Below are positions 28,457 through 40,400 of a DNA stretch of 50,764 nt, one piece after another. The position numbers and the translations under genes were made by a program. The notes below the pieces were generated by a model. That model saw only the letters and a program-made list of their open reading frames with translations. It had not been told where the DNA came from and did not search any database. Numbering within the stretch: the stretch's first letter is position 1; the number at the start of each line of letters is the position of its first letter. This DNA comes from Girardia tigrina (Eukaryota): the NCBI GenBank assembly GCA_001938485.1, contig MQRK01249923.1:15216-65979 (forward strand), given 5' to 3'.

Positions 28457-31400
28457 TAGGTTGGATATAAGTTTTTACCGCTTTTATATTTTCTTTTATT
28501 TTAGAACAAATTTTTGCTGCTTCACAATATGTGGCACACAATATGTACAATATAAATTCGATAAAGCTCTTTCTGTTCTAGAAGAATATACTAATCGTCT
28601 TTTTGAGATTTAATTTTTTATAACTTTTTAGGCTTAGAAATGGAATATCCAGGATGTAAAATGCAACATTTTTACACCTATTCTTCTTCACTTTCCCTCG
28701 AGGCAAAAAAAACTTGCTAAAGCAGACCGGAACATATACGATGTTCAAAAATTTGGAATTTTGACGTTGATGAGATGCCCACAACAGAAGACATTCTGAA
28801 TTAGACCAACGCGAGGACAGTCACGAAACAAGTGGTTAATAAAAAAAGGAGTTGTGCGATCATAGAACGATTCTCAATTATATTTATTCAATATGAATTT
28901 CCCAAAATTCAGCCTTGGTTCATCATGTATTTAACGAAGACAACAAAGAAAATCGCTTTCAAATTGCTTCTTAACATTTCACTGAAAATCGAGTAACTCG
29001 TGGTCATAAACAACACCTTTTTGTACCGAATCGTCATAAAAGATGAGAAATGGTACATATAAATAAATATGAAACAAAGAAAGTAGTGAGATTATATGGT
29101 GCACTGTGAATGAATCCCACGTTCATCAAGCTCTACATAGTTTAGCTTTACTGTATGAAAAAGGCTATTCTACTGCAATGACTCAATTGACAGAGTAAAA
29201 TCATACTGCTTAACAACAACGTGAAACCTTATATTGCACAAGTCGTCAAAGTTGCACTTCAAGAGCTCGAATTGAAGTTACTTCAGCATTTGTTGTATTC
29301 TACCGACCTTGCACCAGCATATTACCCTCTTTTCCGCTTCCTGTTGAACCATATGAGGGACGTCAACTTCGACAATTAAGAAGAACTTTGAGTTCTTTTG
29401 ATTTTAATGTATATTAATGAAATACAAAGATGATCAGTGTAATAATAAAAAATGGCTCCAGCAAAAAACGTTCGAACATCGAACCACCCACTGTGTTTCT
29501 GTTACCACCGACGGGTCTTCTGGGCAACCTTAATATTTTAATAATTTTCCTAAAATAATATCACACTCCTTTTTTTAATTAATAAAATCATAAAAAATCA
29601 TTTTTATCGATTTTTTTACAATTATTTTTTTCAGAATAATAATTCTTTAAATAATATTTAAATTTATTTCTTTTTCTCACATTTTTTTAAAAATATTTTA
29701 TTTTCTGCTTTTGTTTTGCTTTTAAAGGTAGAAAAATAGAAATGAAAAATAATACTTTGTGATTCATTATTTTAATAATGCATTATTTATATTTTACAGA
29801 CATCAGCTTTTATCGACTCTGTATATTTTTGTTTTCTTTTAGGAAATCTAATTTCAGATTTTCGTTGCTTTTGTACATTGAAATAAATATTTTCATTTCA
29901 AACAATTTCAATATTTCGTTTCTTGGTTTATGAAGAGAATTTATTTATTATAAATTTTTGATTATTTTTTTCTTCTAAAAGGCAAAAGAAAATAATCAAT
30001 TAATTCATTGTACTCAAATTGAGGCAAAATTTTTATTTAATTAAAAAAATTAAAATAAATTTTTATAAAATGTTCAGTAAAGCAAAATTTTAATAAAGAA
30101 AAATAATAAAAAAAGAAATAAATAAATAAATTTTATTACTTTTCGGCATTTATTAAAATTTTCAAGAAATTTGTTAGGTAAATTTTAATTTATTTTTAAT
30201 ATATTTCAATATATTTTTCATAATAATTATTGAAATTCTTTATAAGCACAATTAACAAATATTAAAAGAAATTATTTTATTATTTTTGATTCTTTATTTT
30301 AAAAATTTGTTAATTTAAATAACTTAGTATTAAAAATAAAAAATTATATATGGAATAAATATTTTTTTTAAAAAAAATTGAATAGAAGTACGAAAATAAT
30401 TGCATGAAATAAATTTAAATTATTATGTTTTTATTATTTTAAACTGTTTTTTAATTGTTTGAAATATTGTATTAAAAATAATTTGGTAAATAATACAATT
30501 TGATCACTTTAACAACCTTCTTTTTTCTTTTAAAGATTTATAATATTTTAATTTTGTTAGCAATGTCATCAGTTACTCGATCAGCTTATTAGATATTTGC
30601 AAGAATTAATGTGGTGTATTAAGAGATCAGCAAAAGCAATTCGCATTTGCGTTTTCTCCATAAAACTTTCATAGGTGGTCATCGTTCTTGAATCAAAATT
30701 ATATTTATATAACAAAGTTTTTCTTCTTGAAAATGATCTGATATTGTTTTCGTAGACACCGAGCGAGACTCTTCGAGCACGAATAACCAATGGAAATCCA
30801 TCGGTCAGACATATGTATTTGTATTCATGTCTGGTCAATCATGAGAGAGGTTATAGTCTGTGAGAGCCAACATTCAAACACCTATCATATACTCTATGTA
30901 GAGTAGTACCATATATCAACTAACACAATACACTGTCGGCAGAAAGAAATTAAAAACTGCTAACACAACAGTATATTGGCCTTTATATGGGGTCAAAAAG
31001 GTCAGACAATAATACATGCTCTCAACACTAAGGATGAACCCTCTCTCATAAAATCCCAAACAATCATACAGTACAATTTATCTTAAAGAGGGACATCCGG
31101 CACATCATGCTCAAATATGTCTCCCTCAGTGTCCAATTTTCCGTCATCAAAGTCCTCAGGGTTGTGGGTAAGTAACGGGCATTGGATCTCCTGTAGGTTG
31201 GCTCACGCGTCCTGAAAGTCATTCCATTGTAGAGCCGACAATTTGATATTGGAGAGTACGCAGGCACGGGCAATTGGTACTTTCCTTGTTCCTAAAAATA
31301 AACCATTAAGAATACGTTCATTGTTGGGTAACCATGATCATAATGGCCAAACAATGAATGTATCCAGTTCAACCTTCCATGAGTCCCCATAAGAATGTAA

Positions 31401-34400
31401 ATAAATTTAATTATATTTCTAAACGTCTTATTATTTAAACAAATTTAAATTATAATTTATTTAAAATTAGATTAAAAAAATTATTAATTAAATTAAAAAA
31501 TAATCTTACTTATTTTAGAAAATATTTTAGATAAATTATTTATGATATAATAATTTAATTTTAAAGTTAGTTATTTAAATTTTAAATTGAATAAATAATT
31601 CGACGTTTTAAAATATTTAAAATATCAATCTTCCATCTGAGTGAGAGAAACACAATCCTAAAACAACATACCAAACAACATACAGTAAACACCATTCAAA
31701 ATATTCCTCACCATATGTAATTGGATAAAACCTTTCGATTAGACAGATGATGTGTATATTGACAAAGAATCAAGCCTTCAGAGTGTGAAAAGTTGTTAAG
31801 AGTTTAAAATTTAAATATTAACAATTTTCTTCAGATGATTTGTAAGAACTAAGAAAATATGAACCTCCTAACTAGTTTTATTTTGTCTGAAATTATGATT
31901 TCTCCCTGATGCAACAGGGATAGATTAAACATTGATTTTTACAGATTTATTTCAAACAAAATTATTAGTTTAGGAATTATCTGGATTTTTGATCGTTTTT
32001 ACAAACAAAGTGAATTTTCTAAATAATATAGTAAACCATAACTGTTAGGATCTCAAACTTTAAGAAATAAAAATATATTTTTTAGTTTAAAATATCAAAA
32101 ATTTACTAATAATAAATTTAGAGAAATTTCGTAAAAGTTTTTATAAAAATTTTTCTTTTAAAAAAAATATTTATTTCTTGAATTTTCTATTATTGTTTTA
32201 GTGTGTCAAAAATTTGATTAGGTTTTTTCTGTATCTAAACAAGTTTAATTTTAGGCAATTTTACAGTATTAGCGGAAGAAATAGTTTGACAAACGACTCC
32301 GTATTCGTTATTCTTATCTGTAGTACCCGGTATAAGGGAACCAGCAGGAGGAAACAATAAATCGAAGCAGATTTTAAATCTGTTATTTTCCATCTCCTCA
32401 ACATCAAATTGTTGTTGGAACAAACTTTAAAAATTTGATTTAAACTTTGATTTGTAAACAAAGTTTTTTATTCAATTTGAGTTTATTCTTTTATTATCGT
32501 TAACCCGTAACTACTACAATCCTGTTTTCGGTACATTGGCACTACAATCAGGTCAAATTGACAGGCAACATAATTCATTCAGTTTTCATTGTTTTAACAA
32601 GTAATTATCAATAATTATAAGCAAAACAAGCCAAATTAGAGCTTGGCTAAGATGAATGATGGTATAACACACAAATATATACACTTCAAATAATTAAAAA
32701 AACATCAAACCTTCAAACATATGTCATTTATTATTCACTTATCTAAAGTTATTAGGTTGTTCGATATGAAACGGGTCAAACTTCACACCTTACATTTCAA
32801 TCGCGTATAACTTAACTTTGAACTATCGTATGAAAATAAATAAGGTATTTCTTGACAGATATATTATTCCTCTTTAAAAATCAATTATTTAATTTCAAAT
32901 ATTTAATTGAATAGTTTCTTGTCAACAAACAATCAAACAGCGCAATGGAAATCAGTGAAATCNNNNNNNNNNNNNNNNNNNNNNNNNNNNNNNNNNNNNN
33001 NNNNNNNNNNNNNNNNNNNNNNNNNNNNNNNNNNNNNNNNNNNNNNNNNNNNNNNNNNNNNNNNNNNNNNNNNNNNNNNNNNNNNNNNNNNNNNNNNNNN
33101 NNNNNNNNNNNNNNNNNNNNNNNNNNNNNNNNNNNNNNNNNNNNNNNNNNNNNNNNNNNNNNNNNNNNNNNNNNNNNNNNNNNNNNNNNNNNNNNNNNNN
33201 NNNNNNNNNNNNNNNNNNNNNNNNNNNNNNNNNNNNNNNNNNNNNNNNNNNNNNNNNNNNNNNNNNNNNNNNNNNNNNNNNNNNNNNNNNNNNNNNNNNN
33301 NNNNNNNNNNNNNNNNNNNNNNNNNNNNNNNNNNNNNNNNNNNNNNNNNNNNNNNNNNNNNNNNNNNNNNNNNNNNNNNNNNNNNNNNNNNNNNNNNNNN
33401 NNNNNNNNNNNNNNNNNNNNNNNNNNNNNNNNNNNNNNNNNNNNNNNNNNNNNNNNNNNNNNNNNNNNNNNNNNNNNNNNNNNNNNNNNNNNNNNNNNNN
33501 NNNNNNNNNNNNNNNNNNNNNNNNNNNNNNNNNNNNNNNNNNNNNNNNNNNNNNNNNNNNNNNNNNNNNNNNNNNNNNNNNNNNNNNNNNNNNNNNNNNN
33601 NNNNNNNNNNNNNNNNNNNNNNNNNNNNNNNNNNNNNNNNNNNNNNNNNNNNNNNNNNNNNNNNNNNNNNNNNNNNNNNNNNNNNNNNNNNNNNNNNNNN
33701 NNNNNNNNNNNNNNNNNNNNNNNNNNNNNNNNNNNNNNNNNNNNNNNNNNNNNNNNNNNNNNNNNNNNNNNNNNNNNNNNNNNNNNNNNNNNNNNNNNNN
33801 NNNNNNNNNNNNNNNNNNNNNNNNNNNNNNNNNNNNNNNNNNNNNNNNNNNNNNNNNNNNNNNNNAGTGTGTTGACAACATGGGGGGATATTTTGATTAA
33901 AAATAAAATGTTATTATTTAAAAAAAATCGATTTACATTTTACTTTAATTTTGACCCGTTTCATATCGAACAACCTAATAAAAGGTCAAATTGACCGGCT
34001 AATAGTAGTTACGGGTTAAGAACTTTTTATTTGGAGTCAAAATAAATTATTTAAATAAAGTTTTTGAGAGATATATAAATTGAATATTTTGAATGCATAA
34101 CATAACATAACTAAATTCATTAATACTAAAAATGATTTATTACAAATTTGTTGAAATTTATAACTAGAAAGTATAATGAGATTCATAATAACGAAAATCG
34201 AATAATCTAAGGATCTTTAAATATTTGTGGGTTCGAGGCATTTTAATGAAACACCATGTATTACTTCTACAAATATTTTTATATTATATTGCTATTAATA
34301 TTAATATTTTTTAGTATGTCTATGAAATCTTGTTGAGATTCTTGGAACATCCGCACTTCGATATTAAAAAATGCAAATCTTCTATTGATCACTCATTCGT

Positions 34401-37400
34401 CAAGTACTTGTTGGAACTGTTTGATAGTCCAGATCCAAGAGAAAGAGATTATTTGAAAACTATTTTACATCGAATTTATGGGAAAATGATAAATTTGCGA
34501 GCTTTTACTAGAAAACACATAAATAATATATTTTTCACGTAAATAATAAATTTCATTTTATGATATTATTAAAGTGTATTAATTTAAGATTTATATATGA
34601 AACTGAAAGACATAATGGAATCGCTGAACTGTTGGAAATACTCGGCAGTATCATAAATGGATTTCAAGTTCCTCTAAAAGAGGAACATAAGGTGTTTCTG
34701 AAGCACGTTTTAATGCCTCTTCATAAAACCAAAGGTTTAAATCAATATCACCCTCAATTGGCCTACTGCATTTTAGAATTTATCAAGAAAGAAAAAAATT
34801 TGATGAGCTATGTTAATTTTTTAATATTTTTACACTTATATATTTTATATAAATATATAGAAACATTGTCAAAAAATCTTTTAAAAATTTCAAAAATTCT
34901 TCATTTCTTTTTATTCTATTAGTGATTTGATACTTTTAAATTCGAATATTATTACCAAATTTTAAATATTAATTTATTAAATATTTTTTGAGACTAATCA
35001 TTTTTCCATTCTTTTTATTAGCTTACTTTCTATAAATATATATATATATATATGTATTATAAAAGCCCAAGTCACTCACTGCCTGCCTGCTTCACTAACG
35101 CTGACGTAATAATTGTTGACGTAATAATAGTATTATTTGTTGAAAAATAAATGTAAATGTGAAAAAATATCAANNNNNNNNNNNNNNNNNNNNNNNNNNN
35201 NNNNNNNNNNNNNNNNNNNNNNNNNNNNNNNNNNNNNNNNNNNNNNNNNNNNNNNNNNNNNNNNNNNNNNNNNNNNNNNNNNNNNNNNNNNNNNNNNNNN
35301 NNNNNNNNNNNNNNNNNNNNNNNNNNNNNNATTCTGTATTTAATATGATAAACATCAATTTATTATGAAAAATTCTGTATTTAATGTGGAAAAATATCAA
35401 TTTATTATGAAAAATTCTGTTATTATTTCAAAAATTTACCTTACAGCATAAGTGAGGCAGTGAGGCAGGCAGTGAGTGACTTGGGCTTTTATAATATAAA
35501 AAAAATTGAACCCCCGGCAAGAGAGGCCCGCGAAGCGGGCCGAGCGCGCTAGTATATATATATATATATATACGGAATTTAGAAACCTATTTTTGAAGGC
35601 CTTTTACTCAATCAATTTTTTCCAAACTTTGTACACTTACTCATTCTCAAAATTCAATATTAAAATTCAATATTAATTTAAAAAATTCAATATTAACTTT
35701 TACAAAAATTTTAAAATTTGTTTAAATGAACTAAATGAAATAAAAAATAACAAATAACAAATATGGCACAATACAATTTAAATTAACTTAATGCGTGTGA
35801 TTTGAAAATATAAATGTCTTGCTGTAATTTTGTGGATCCCGATCCAATAAAATGATTTACACTGAATCGTTTCGTCTTCTTCTGAAAACCGAACTTGTCG
35901 GTAACTGTTTCACAATTGTTGTGTTGTCGACACTACTAATGTTGAATTACACGATACGAGAGTCGTCACAGCCTGAAACTTCCGCAGTCCTTTCTCGCGA
36001 ATGATCGGTCCGACCGAGCTTGTCAGGGACACACGTCTTCCGCATGCCGCAATTCAACACGCGGTTGGTCTAACCCGATCCGGCGGCACCTCCATGAAGT
36101 TCGAACTCTTTGGTCATTCTCATGCGACCCACGCTCTCGATTCCGGCTTGATGGCGGATCCGACGACACATCGACTGCGACCAATTGTCCTGTGGTTACC
36201 ACTCTCCACTATGACCCAACGGTGGCCCCGTCACCGGTGGAAGCGGAGCCTCATAAACTCTGCACAATTAAGTGGTCAGCGATATGCCCACTCTATCACA
36301 ACTTATATATAGGTAATTTCAATACATCTATTGTAAAAAATATCTAAAAATGTTTCAAAGAAATATGAATTCGTTATTTTGAAATCTTTTATCAATAGGT
36401 ACACAATTTTACAAAATAGATATTTTTACAGGCATTTAGATTAGTTATAATAAGTAGGACCTGGTTTTTCTAAGCAAAATTTTTCCAATTTCCGTGGTGC
36501 GGTGTGTTTACAGTATTCTATCATAAATTCATAATTCGTATATTATACCAATGACATAATATCATTATCAAAAGTGTTGGTAGAGTCCACGCAAAATTTG
36601 AAAATCAATGGATATCAGAAAGCTTTGCTTTAGATTTGTACCCCACTTCTTGGCTGGTGAAATTATGCTAAACCGCTTGGATTGCAATCAGAACATGTAG
36701 AACCTGTGGAACTACCATGGTGAGAATTTACTTGCAAATTTAATTATTGAGGACAAAACCCAACTATGAATTTGCCGTAAACAAAGCGTGAATCAACAGA
36801 GTGGAAATTGCCTGAAGAGAAGCTATCTTTGAAGATGTGAACGGGTACAAGTCATAGACGATATTATAAAGGTGTTATTCCCACAGATTTCGCGGATAAA
36901 TGCATCACTATCAACGCTGCTTATTACAATCAACTCTGGCCAACCGCCAGAAAGCATAGAGGGAAGCAGAAGAACATATCACATGGGTTTCAGCGGGCAT
37001 TTCTCGGCGCACAATTAGTGCTTGTGGATCATCCGCAGTACAACCCAGATTTAGCACCAAATGATATTTATCTCTTCAGACATCTAAAGAAGCGTTTGAG
37101 AGGCATCTTGTTTGAATCCAAAGACGATTTGAAGATTACGTGGATGATTTCTTCGTCACATACCTCCCTAGAAATTTTCAAAAAGGTGTTTTCTGAGTTG
37201 ATTATTCGTTGTGGAAGTGTGAAACGAAAGAGGAATTATGCTGACAAATGATGCCAACAAAATTTAAACTTGTTGTGTTCTAAAATTGGTCATTTTTCGA
37301 ATTCATTTTCTTTGTCAGGCCGGGTACTTATTGAACGCACCTCGAAAACTCAATATATAGAACAACAACAACTTGAAATTTTTTAATGTTTAAAATAATT

Positions 37401-40400
37401 ATGATTTCTATTTTTAGGTAGTTGTTGATGGTCTTATCAAATTTTGGCCGAAGATGCATAGCTTTAAAGAATTGATGTTTCTTAACGAACTGGAAGAATG
37501 TCTGGAAATATGTGATAAAGAACAGTTCAAGAAAATTTTGAAACCTCTATTTATGCAGTTATCGAAATGTGTTTCTTCCTCAAATTTTCAAGTAGTAAAT
37601 GGGTTTTAATTTTATTTTCTCTTTGATTAAATAGGTTTGCGAGCGAACACTCTATTTGTGGACAAATGTTGAAATAGTTGATCTAATAAATCAAAATATT
37701 AGAGAAATTCTACCACTTATATTTCCCGCTTTGTATAATTCCAAACAACATTGGAATAAGTAATACTAAATTTCATTTAGAATTAATTACTATAAAATCA
37801 CTTATACTCTTCTGTGGACAAACTTAAATATTAGTTTTATTCTCAAAATATCAATATGGATTATACAGGGTAATTCAAAAGAATGCATTTATTCATTTTG
37901 AAAGCATTTTAATGGACTGAATGGCTGTTCATTTTGGTACAGGAGTTATGCTTGTTAAGCTGGGTGTCAATTTATATTTTTAAGAAAAGAAATTTTTTAT
38001 TTACCCTCAAAATGGTGACTCCTAAGCTGAAGGCTAGAGTTATTGAAAAAATGCCATTATCATATTACAGTGTTCTTTTAGTGGATTAGACAGTTTAAAA
38101 ATACTTGTCTAAAGGAACGAGCTCTGGAAAGTAGGAAGAAAATGGGTATTAGCAACGGTAGCGGTTACCATTGCAACGGTTCCAGTTCACTTGACAACGC
38201 TTCTCATTGGCTCCTGGTCCCCTAGTAACGGTCGAGATCACCCTAGCCCTAGGCAGAAACGGTTTTGATTTCCTTAGAAACGGTTCCGATTGTCCCGGAA
38301 ACGCTTCTGATTGGTTACTGGGCCCCTAGCAACGGCTCCCATTTCCCTAGCAACGGTTCAGATTGCTTCCCAGTACCTTGGTAACGGTTCCGATCACCTA
38401 AAAAACCAATCAAATCACTCGAAAACCTTGACAACCGTCACCGTTACCTTAAAAGTCATCGAAAACACCTTAAAATCACGTTGACAACCATTGAAATCAC
38501 GTTAATAACAATCGAAAACACCTTGACAAATGTCACCGTGACCCTAAAATCATCAAATTTACCTCAACAACCAATCAAATTACATCGAAAACACCTTAGA
38601 AACCATCACCGTTGCCTTAAAAACCATGAAAATCACCTGAAAAATCATCGAAAGCATGTAAAAACCACCAAAATTATATGAAAATGTTCAAATCAATACT
38701 GCACTAGGCTGGACCTTATTTGTTGATGGATATCATCCGTTAAGAAATTGATCATTCATGTTCATAAATACTCCCCAATGAGAGGTAGAAAAGAAAGAGA
38801 TGGCAGAAATTATTCAATATAGAAATTTTCAGAAATTCGTTGTATTTAATTGTTCATTCAAGTTGTATTGTTGTGTTAATAAATCTTGTTATAAATGTAT
38901 CTTTGTTTTAATGCATCAATTAAAATAAATGTAATAAACGTTATAATATATCGTGATATCAAGGCATTTTGTCATTAATTCAAAATCCACTTACGAAAAT
39001 GGTGAGTTTTTACTTGAGCTCCGTATATTTATTAATTTGTATTTTTCTTAGAATTGCAATTTCTACAATTACTGTAAATACCTATTTAATTCAATTGAAT
39101 ATTTCGTCTGTCCAAAATATGAAAAAGTATGTCAATCCAACTATGAAGATTTTTTCAATGATCATAATCAATATCAGGTTCCTTTCATCAATTAAAAAAA
39201 GAATATACTCAAACAATACATGTCGCAAATTATTCAAGAGATCATTCCAACGAAAATTCAACAATGTCCATTATACAGATGCTGTATAACCAATTTCCAC
39301 AATACTCAAAATTGTCATGATGAAGCGCTACTATGGATATATGTTCAATAGATGTGAGTATTACATTTGTCCAGTATGTCAAAATGCAAGTAGTGGTTAC
39401 TGCCATCAATTTTATGATAGCCACAAGGACCATTTGTGTGACTTTTCAATAAAGTCCAAGAAGACAATATTTTAGTCATCATCCAATCAAGTATTCACTG
39501 AACCAAAGTTACAATTGGGAAAAATGTATTTTTTGAGAAAAATCTATTTATTTATTTACAATTTATTATACATTCATACATTACTCTGAGGAATTATTAT
39601 AAGTTTTTATTTTTACTGTTTTATTATTATTTAATTATTTATTTATTTTAAATAATGTTCTTATGTATTCAAAGTTAAATATTAAGTATTAAATTCTTAA
39701 CGACATGAACTTCAACAGTTTTACTTTGGAAATTTTTGGTAACTTTGTATTACATTTTACATTACTTCCCTGTTGATGAGAAAATCCCCTTCAATTGAAC
39801 GTTGGAGGACACCAATATTGGAGATCAAATCTTCTTCAACACATTTCATCTATTACCGACGCTGACGTTACTGAATACCACAATATTTCAACTTCTATAT
39901 TACCGCATTTTAAGATAATATAACCTTCCGGCTGACTTCTGAAATATCTTGTGCTCATCAATATCTGAAATAACTCAACCCAATTAAGTAGATAGACACC
40001 TGTCTTACATTTTTCCACCAATCTTAACTTAATCATAGTAATCTTCTTTTTCTTTCAACATATCTATAATTTCTATTTTATCTTCTTCCTCTTATGTACA
40101 TATTAGTGATCTTGATACCTTTTTATCCCTGTATACATGGGAAATCTTGAAATCGATGGTAATCTTTGCAACAAGTAAACAGTCACAATTCAATGGATGG
40201 TCTATTCTTCATATAATCTTGAAATTATAATGTATTTCATAGATAAAATTACAAAACAAATCAGCATTAATCAATATTTAGTACACATTAAAGTAAAAAT
40301 TTATCAATCATATATTTATTTACAAATAAAAACAGTAGTTTTACGGATCATTAATTACAAATACAAAACTTGAATTAAATTTACCGAGCAGTACGTTACA

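Noticed and set aside
31064-31390. Mini-gene with a 24-nt intron (gtattc...ttttag) on the minus strand
   Set aside because: The intron is much shorter than the 43-50 nt introns seen here, the product is unrecognisable, and another frame reads through without splicing.
32907-33994. Long ORFs (309-349 aa) in the ORF track, and similar ones at 212-466, 18612-19328 and 35137-35400
   Set aside because: They consist of N-gap translations (X) and are not real reading frames.
36001-36312. 103-aa ORF as a nested gene
   Set aside because: It lies in a GC-rich LTR-like insertion where stops are rarer, and has no domain or splice support.
38148-38680. CRISPR-like array
   Set aside because: Degenerate tandem units without unique spacers, in a eukaryotic intron, with no cas genes.
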